The translations under genes and the position numbers were made by a program. Positions 35,001 through 64,000 of a stretch of DNA of 64,000 nucleotides are shown here, in pieces (the first letter of the stretch is position 1; every line of letters starts with the position of its first letter). Below the pieces are notes generated by a model. That model worked only from the letters and a program-made list of their open reading frames with translations, was not told where the DNA came from and ran no database searches. The DNA is taken from the NCBI GenBank assembly GCA_002269645.1, contig NIVC01001610.1:1-64000 (forward strand). The letters are read 5' to 3'. The stretch is from Macrostomum lignano. Lineage: Eukaryota.

Positions 35001-35846
35001 TTTGGAGCGCAACTCTTGGAACACCATGGGACAGTACTCCTTGAACTTGAACTTGCTCGGCATGTTGTCTCTGCGAGAGAGTAGTGGTGCAGGATTGTAT
35101 TTGAACATTGATAAATCAACTACTCTGCTGTGTTGTAACTATTGCTTTACTTATAGTAGCGTTTATGACACATTATGACATTTATATTTATCCTGATTAT
35201 CTTGCATATTATCAATTTTTTTCTGCTTTGATGGCGTACATGCCAAGGTAAATCACAAAAATGCCCACCCTAAATAGACGTAGTACTAATTAGATGACGA
35301 GGTATTTTACCTTCATAATACAGTAATAGATACTCCAGCCGTTTACCCAACATTACATTAATTATTAGTTTTTCATAGGTAAGTCGCATTTTTGTCAAAA
35401 AGTAGGTCACACGGCCAGTGTAAATCAGCGGGCTTGCGCATGCATGGTACAGTATTGGTGCGCATGTCAGCGGAATGGGCAGAACTGCTTTTAGCGCTGG
35501 CTGTGGGACTACAGCGCACACCATAAAAAACTCACTTGTTAAATAAATAATTGTCCACCTTGACTTTCTGGAAGCTCTTGAAGTCGTCTGGCAGCAGCAT
35601 TGTTCGCTTGGTGACATGGCTAAGCTGAATTAGCTGCAATTTGGCAGTGTTTCAGTATTGGTTAAATAAAAGCAGCATTTATCATACTACTTAAGTGGCT
35701 AGTAGTAGTCGAATTAGAACAGGCAGGCATACCGAATGGTTGATGCCCCACATAATGACGGATTTGAGAGGCTCGCTGGATCGAAATAGCTTTAACTTCT
35801 GGCGAACGCCCTTCACCTTGTGGCTCTTCTTCACTTGCACATCCAT
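32051..35846 (-). CDS. PIP4K2: Phosphatidylinositol 5-phosphate 4-kinase (type II PIP kinase), 398 aa; exons complement(35733..35846, 35536..35633, 34738..35070, 33736..33847, 32051..32590)
   Basis: [20 protein letters not shown] | [21 protein letters not shown] | [31 protein letters not shown] | [14 protein letters not shown] | [32 protein letters not shown]. All junctions are GT-AG and in phase. The activation loop has Ala (RTAK) at the type II specificity position. Confidence 0.95.
32791..33236 (-). mobile_element. MITE copy 3 (446 bp, inverted relative to copies 1 and 2), in the last PIP4K intron
   Basis: CACAGATACTAAAATAACTAG...CTAGTTATTCTAGTATCTGTG; perfect TSD CTCTAAAA (32783-32790, 33237-33244). 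Confidence 0.9.
33930..34680. repeat. Degenerate ~30-bp minisatellite (GCTTCAGAGAGGGCGCCATCGCCTCACGGT), PIP4K intron
   Basis: Direct tandem repetition filling most of intron 33848-34737. Confidence 0.9.
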
Positions 35847-36397
35847 CTGGCAACTGGGAGCTCAATAGGGCATGAAAAATGGGAAAACCACTGGTCTTGA
35901 TGTGGAGGGCAACTCTTTAGATAGGCCCAACATAATTACAAAGCTAATTTAGAAGGCACTTTATTTGGATGACTTCAAAGTATTTTTTGGCTTTAGATAC
36001 AAAAAACATTATAAAACTTGTTGTTAAGAAGTATATTAAAGTAACTTTTAGCTGTCTTATTTCTAGACAAATAGAAATGTTTGGGCAAAAATATTATCAA
36101 AATTGATAAACTAGTTCAATCTCTAGACCATTAACAACAAACAGATATTAGACATTTAGTATAGGTTTGGGAAGGATATTGTATAGCCATAAACAGTGCA
36201 GTGGCATACTTAGGATTTTCCATTGGGAAGACTGCCACATTAGGGGGGGAGGGGGAAGTGCATACAGACAGACTAGGAAGGGGGTATGCGGGTGGTAATA
36301 GACCACTGCTATACCCCAGATCTCTGTCAGCCTCCCAGGCAATTTTTTGTCACCTTTCTCCTTGTGTATACCATTGGCCATAGAAAACAACTGTTTA

Positions 36398-36680
36398 TCT
36401 CTACATATATAAATCAAAACTCTGTCTGTGTGTGTGTGTCTGTGTACAAATTTGTTCGCTATGGACTCCCAAACCGCTCCACCAAATTGCGCCGAATTTT
36501 GCACCCACCCTAAACTCACTACGGAGAATGTCTTAGGCTACCTTTGAATTTCCTAAATTTGAGTCTTCCTACCTAAAAGTGCAAAAAACTGCTCAAAATG
36601 CGCCATTTTTTCACTAAATCCTCCCTAGCGCCGCTCCACTTCTACCGATTCTCTTCAAATTTGACACAGACAATCTTAAA
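36398..36680 (+). mobile_element. Possible 5' end of a non-autonomous Helitron
   Basis: A|TC start, then TACATATATAAA, TCTGTCTG(TG)n, TTCGCTATG..AACCGCT..ACCAAATT..AATTTTG and a second ACCGATT..AAATTTG motif, an arrangement I recognise from Helitron-N 5' ends. No hairpin-CTRR 3' end located. Confidence 0.4.
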
Positions 36681-37239
36681 CTATTGTCTGTGTGCTGTGT
36701 GTAAACCTTCTTTGCACCTCGATGGAGAGGCTACGTTTAGCCATCCATAACAGTTTAGTGAGAAATTCTAACCACTGCCCTCTGTCGGTATCGGCAAACT
36801 CTGCAGCAGTTGAACAGTGACTGGCAATTGGCAAATCAAGGCAATCCAGCATGGTTTGTAAAAGCGAAAGATTGAAAAATTGATGCAATTGCAATGCAGT
36901 ACAAGTCACACCATTGAAGTTTTAACATTAAGTTTCACTTAAGTCTCTAAGGTACTCTAAAATTTAAACGGCCTCCTCAGAAATGTGTATTTCCTTGGTT
37001 GTTAGACTGATATAGACTGCAGTGGAGCTGAAGTTACGCAAATTCTTTGCAGAGCTGCAAATTGGCCAGAAAGATGACGTGATCAAAGCATGTGAACAAC
37101 CATGAGAGTACTACATCCAACAAACTGGCTTTCCAAGCAGAAATGGGCAGACTTTTACCTCAAAGGCCAGATAAAGAATCCAGCTCATAGCCGAGGGGCA
37201 GATGAGAGTGGAAAGAAGGAATAGACAATTATTCGAAAA

Positions 37240-38570
37240 GAGAGGAGAGGTGAGAGAGGGGATAAAGAGAAAATATAGAAGATAATAGGAGAGATGAAGG
37301 GGTGAGGACGATGAGAGAGAGGGGAGAAGAGGGGAGAGAGGAGAGAGTAGAGAGGAGCGAGTAGAGAGGAGAGAGAAGAGAGTAGAGATGAGGGAGCAGA
37401 GAGCTGCAGATGAGAGGATAGGAGACAGGAGAGAGGAGAGGAGAGAGGAAAGAGGAAAAAGGTGAAGGGAGAGATGAGAGAGTAAAGGGAAGAGAGAAGA
37501 GATAAGGTTGTAGAGATGAAAGAGTAAGGAGAAATAAGAAATGAGAAATGAGAGAGATGAAGGAGGAGAGAGGAAAGTGGGGAGAGAGAAGAGAGAAGAG
37601 AGGAGACAAGAGAGGGAGAGACTATAGAAGAGGAAGAGAAGAGAAGAGAAGAGAAGAGAAGAGAAGAAAGGCAAAAGGAAAGTGAGGAGTCAAAAAAGGA
37701 AAAGAATAGAGTACAGAGCAGAGAGGTGACAGAACATATAAGACAGTAAAGATGACAGATGAAAGAGGGGGATGAGAGAGCAGAGACGAGAGTGAACAGA
37801 CGAGAGATGGAAGGGTAGAGAGAACAGAGGAGAGATAAGAGAGAAGAGAGTACAGAGTACAGAGACGAGAGGAGAGACAAAGGGAGAGAGACGTGAGTGA
37901 GGAGAGAGGAGAGGGAAGAGAGTAGAGAGGAGAAGAGAGATGGGAGAGGAGAGATTAGAGAGAAAGACAGAGAGAGTGAGAGAAAGAGAGAAAGAAAGAG
38001 AGAGAAAGAGAGGGGGAGAGCAGAGAGAAATGAAGAGATATAAGATAAAAGATAAAAGAAGAGAAAGGAGTGATGAGAAAGAAAAGACGAGAGAGAAGAG
38101 AGGTGAGGGAAGAGACGAGAGAAGAGAGGAGAGAGGAGAGGGGGAAGAATAGAAGAAATGAAAGGAGAGAAAGCGAGGAAAGAGTTGAGATAAGAGGGTA
38201 CAGGAGAGAGTTGAGAGGAGAGAGGAGAGAAGAGGGAAGTGTTAAGAGAGAGGAGAGTGAGGAATGAGAAGAGGGGAGAGAGAAGAGAGAGTAGAGAGCA
38301 AAGAGAAATGAGAAGAGATAAAAGAGGAGAAAGGAGAGATGAGAGAGCAGACGGGAGAGAAGAGAGGAGAGAAAATAGAGAGGAGAAGGAAGAGATAAGA
38401 GAAGAGGGGGAGAGAGAAGAGGAATGGAGAAAGAAAAGTAGAGAGAAGAGATAAGATAGGAGAGATGAAAGAGAAGAGAGATGAGGGAGGATACAAGAGA
38501 AGAGGAGAGAAAGGATAGAGGAAGAGAAAAGAAAAAAAAGATGAGAAGAGAGGAAACAAGAGAAGATAAA
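37240..38570 (+). repeat. 1.3-kb purine-rich (GA/GAA) low-complexity tract
   Basis: Overwhelmingly A/G on the + strand, without a fixed period. Confidence 0.9.
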
Positions 38571-41385
38571 AGTTTTAAAGTATCCAAGGGACGTAGGAAG
38601 AGTCAGAGGCAGAGGCCAGAGTTTGCCAATACATGTTTTAAGAGTCAAACAGACATTGCCTGACATTCTGCGCAGCACCCCAGCCAACAAATGTTTGCTT
38701 CAAATCCTAATTTTATATGAATATATTCCATTTTATGTTTATCTCTATCCTGCTAACTATTAACAAGTTTTTTTTTAATATGGACTCAGATTTTAGAATA
38801 TATGCGAAAATACTGTAGTTCTGGGGATTAGAATTCCCTGGGTTAAAAATCTGTAGGTTTCAACAGCTATAGCTATAATTATAAAAAAATGATTATTTTA
38901 AATTAAGCCATAGTTCTTTTCTACAATTATTTTTTAGTATAAATATACTTAAATATAGTTATAGACTTAAAAAGATAAAGAATTCAACAGTTTTAATATG
39001 TACTTAAAAAATAAAAAAATATGACATATCATTTTTTAGGAAATGTCCTAGTCATTTTTAGTGTATTTATTAAACTTGTATTTGCTTAGGCCTACTTTGT
39101 TTTTTGCTTTCTTTGCCTTTAATCTTTTTATTCTTACTTCTTTTTTGCTACTTTCTAGTTGACTTTTCAATCTTACCTTTTTAATAGTTAAATATCTGAT
39201 CTCTCTTTCTTATTTGCATTAATAATTTCTAATTTAATGTCTTATAAATATACCTATTTTGGCCTTGTATCCCACTGTCACTGATTTTTTGGTTTTGACT
39301 CTAATTATTAAATAGTTTTTTAATTCTTATTATAAAAGTTATGATAAAAAGGCTATTAATACTAAATAAGTGATGGGTTAAAATATTCTTAAAATGCCTA
39401 CCCTACCCTACCCTATGTCCTAGGTTTTTTGTTCCAAAAAATGCCAGGTGGTGATGGTGCTAGTCTTCGAGGCTTAGGTTTCAATTTAAACACAAAGGTG
39501 TGATTTTAAAGCGGAGGTTAAAATTTTGTCAGTTTGAACAGTTTTCCTGCCTTTCTATGGATTGGGATGAAACTTTTACTTTGATTTATTAAATTGTAAT
39601 TGTGACATGTGTATTATTAGGCCTAGTCTATTGCTTTTTAGTTAGTAGTAGTAAGTAAGTTTGGCTCAGGCAAGAAGCCTGTTTGGCCAATATATTTCAG
39701 TGTATTTAAAAATAATTTAAGAGTAGAAGGCAATTTTGCATATGTCAATTTATGCATTATAAGTACGATCGTACTCGAGTTTTGTAATACTATAATATTT
39801 GAAAGAGCGCCTAAATGTTATTTACTAAACTTTGAACGAGCTTTAACGACTAACGAAGAAAAGTAAGGAATTAAAAAAAGGTGCATGAGTTAGGTGTTGT
39901 TTGGTTTATAATTTGAAAATTTCGTTTTTTCTAAGAAAGTTTAATATTGAGTGAATTGTTCGCACAATAACACCGCCGTCTGAAGTTTAGTTTGATTCTA
40001 TTTATTAGTTTAAGGTAACATTCGAGGCTAAATAATAACATATACAATAGTGTTTCCTCAACAGAGTTTTATTCCTTAATTTTAGTCATTCAATGATGTC
40101 AATGTACTGCAATCGTCTTCGATTGTATAATGGCCAGTGATTGTGTTGCACCGCTCCTCCCATTTTTTATGGGTGGGATGCTTTGCAGCATGGAGATGTC
40201 GCCCTTTCAATATTTTGCTTCCTGCAGCCTCAGCCTGTGGCACACCCCTTTCAAGATCGGCCGCGAACAAAGTCACCAAAGATGTATTTAGGTATCGTTG
40301 AGCGAATGTAAAGCGTATCCATCATAAAAACTTTGAAATCTGGCTAATAAGAAGTTTCACTTAAGAAGCAGATTGGCAGTCAGCCTACAAAATGAACTTG
40401 AAACTGCAGAGTAAATCGGAGAAACTCGGAACGGGGAACTGTGCTCATATTTTATTATTAATAAGTTGCTTTAAGGGAAGTTTAAGCGGAAAACTGCAGA
40501 GCTCCAGCCTTTGAAATGTTTCCGAAGTCCTAGCTCCGTCCTCCGTTTGTTTATTTATCAGCGCAAGTTAAGTAAATCTGGCTATTACCTTAGGTAGTTA
40601 TTCTGGTAGAAGCATCTAATTGCCACTGAAACGCTCTCGTAACAGTATGGGATGATGCTTGCAGCTTCTACAATAGAAAAGTGACAAAGGGATCTACGGG
40701 GCCAGAATTCTTTGGAGCATTTAAGGAGGCAATAATTATTTTGCCTCGTAGTCAGGTACATGTTGCATATTCGTATATTAAACCATTAGTTTGCATGAGT
40801 CGCAAAGATTTTCAGTCTTAGTCTTTTCAAATTAAATTTGCGCGGATCTTATTTGATCCTACGGTATAACTTTCTGGGGTTCGTTTCCCAACCACCCACC
40901 CAATCTGCGTTAGGGAGATTAGGGATGCAGCCTAGCTATAGTTGGCCAACCAATGGGAGAACGGAGATCTCTTCTATCTGCACTGCAGACCTTTCTCTCT
41001 ATAATCTCTAGCGCTCTCCTCTCCTCTGGCCAACTCCTCACGCCGGCTGTTCAACCGCTTCCTTCAGCCGCATCGCGGGCGCGCTACAGTTTTCTAATAT
41101 TCTTAAAAGCGAGTGCTCAAAGTATCGCGAAAGCAATTTATAGAGCCGGGCCCAATTTCGTCAGAAAAATTGCCGGAGGAAGTGAGCGCGCAGTCAGAAA
41201 AGTAACGTTCCTAGCAGGTTCTCACTGAAGATTCAGCTAACGGGAGCAGTGCCACACTTGTAGCGCTTTGCCCAAGTGTATCCAGAGTCGACGTAGAAGA
41301 AAACAAGCCAGCAAAGCAGACAGTAAGAACGAAAGGCAGGACAGGGTGATTATTTTTTTAATTACGAACCGAGCGACGACAGCGC

Positions 41386-62665
<21,280 letters not shown>

Positions 62666-62814
62666 TAAAATGCATTGCTTTTTTAACCTGGAATTCCTTT
62701 GGCAACCGCATTTATTTGCTGGGTCGCCATGGTAACAAATTTATCCCGAACTGCAAATGGACGATTTTTGTTCAGTTTGGGCGTTTTTTTGAAGAACGTT
62801 AGTCCATTTTCACT

Positions 62815-63292
62815 CTGATGTACTCCGATGTACTCTGATGTAGTCTAAGGTACTTTGATGTACTCTGATGTACTCTGATGTACTCTGATGTACTCTGATG
62901 TACTTTGATGTACTCTGATGTACTCTGATGTACTTTGATGTACTCTGATGTACTTTGATGTACTCTGATGTACTTTGATGTACTCTGATGTACTCTGATG
63001 CACTTTGATGTACTCTGATGTACTCTGATGTACTCTGATGTACTCTGATGTACTTTGATGTACTCTGATGTACTTTGATGTACTCTGATGTACTCTGATG
63101 CACTTTGATGTACTCTGATGTACTCTGATGTACTCTGATGTACTTTGATGTACTCTGATGTACTCTGATGTACTTTGATGTACTCTGATGTACTTTGATG
63201 TACTCTGATGTACTCTGATGTACTCTGATGTACTCTGATGTACTCTGATGTACTTTGATGTACTCTGATGTACTCTGATGTACTCTGATGTA
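62815..63292. repeat. 10-bp repeat (GATGTACT(C/T)T), ~48 copies
   Basis: Direct tandem array 3' of the Kv4 stop. Confidence 0.95.
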
Positions 63293-63864
63293 CCAACTTC
63301 CTTATCCCCGCAGTGCAGTATTTTAACGACCTCAATGTAACTCGCTTTGTCACCAAGAATTTCCTCAAAATCAAACAATGTCCCCGTCGCATCCAATATT
63401 GAATCGCTTAGGTCTAGTGGAAATGCTTTTTCTATCGATCAAAATATCTTGTAAATATTTTTCAACGTTTACTATTAGTAGTTTAAAACGGTGAAATGCC
63501 ACCGAATCACATTTGGATGCATATTTTACATTTGAGAATTCGTTTTATAAGCATTAACAATTGAATTGAACTAGCTCTGGTATGTAAACTCACTCCATAC
63601 ATAACCATGAAGTTGTTAGATAGAATTTAATTGCATCATCCATTTAATTGGAACATTTACCATATTTATCTTATAATATATATGCTACGTTCAATTTTCA
63701 CACCAATTAAAAACATTAAAGCTTGAGAAGCTCGGGAACTTTGAGAACTCGAAAAATCAATTTGTTTATTACTTAATATTGGCGTGTGCATGTTTCAAAT
63801 GTTCAATTAACTTTGCTCAATTTCTTGGGGTCATTTTTTAATGTAATTACAAGTCTATCTTTAA

Positions 63865-64000
63865 TTTCTCACTGGTCATAGGGTCATATGGGTGTTGGTT
63901 TCTCACTGGTCATAGGGTCATTCGGGTGTTGGTTTCTCACTTGTAATAGGGTCATATGGGTGTTGGTTTCTCACTTGTAATAGGGTCATACGGGTGTTGT
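63865..64000. repeat. 34-bp tandem repeat (GGTTTCTCACTGGTCATAGGGTCATATGGGTGTT), truncated by the window end
   Basis: About 4 copies visible. Confidence 0.85.

Noticed and set aside
37111-38690. ORFs of up to 501 aa rich in S/L/F or R/E
   Set aside because: Artefacts of the purine/pyrimidine-biased tract.
40082-40279. LINE reverse-transcriptase remnant (ERGVPQ)
   Set aside because: Only a 4-residue resemblance to GVPQG, with no YADD or other RT motifs nearby.

Overview
Intron-rich animal genomic DNA with GC-rich exons and AT-rich introns; an invertebrate, possibly a free-living flatworm such as Macrostomum, but the taxon is only a guess from composition. Five spliced protein-coding genes can be rebuilt from GT-AG boundaries and family motifs: UFM1 (-), a C2orf76/UPF0538 (DUF2340) homolog (+), a tropomyosin with two first exons and duplicated exons 8 and 9 (+), a type II PI5P 4-kinase (-) and a Shal/Kv4 channel (+). 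About 18.5 kb (~29%, hand estimate) is micro/minisatellite, including a 6.5-kb 23-bp array filling the last Kv4 intron. Transposon-derived pieces: CORE-type tRNA-SINEs; a CCC-ended element with a 2-bp TSD that splits a SINE and carries a Gypsy RNase H fragment; three copies of a MITE with 8-bp TSDs; and a 1.6-kb foldback element with a 9-bp TSD whose spacer holds an intact 81-aa HTH ORF. Best leads: that foldback mini-gene, a PIP4K lacking its glycine-rich loop, and a low-complexity-headed tropomyosin isoform. All exon models and alignments were done by eye, and reference sequences are quoted from memory.
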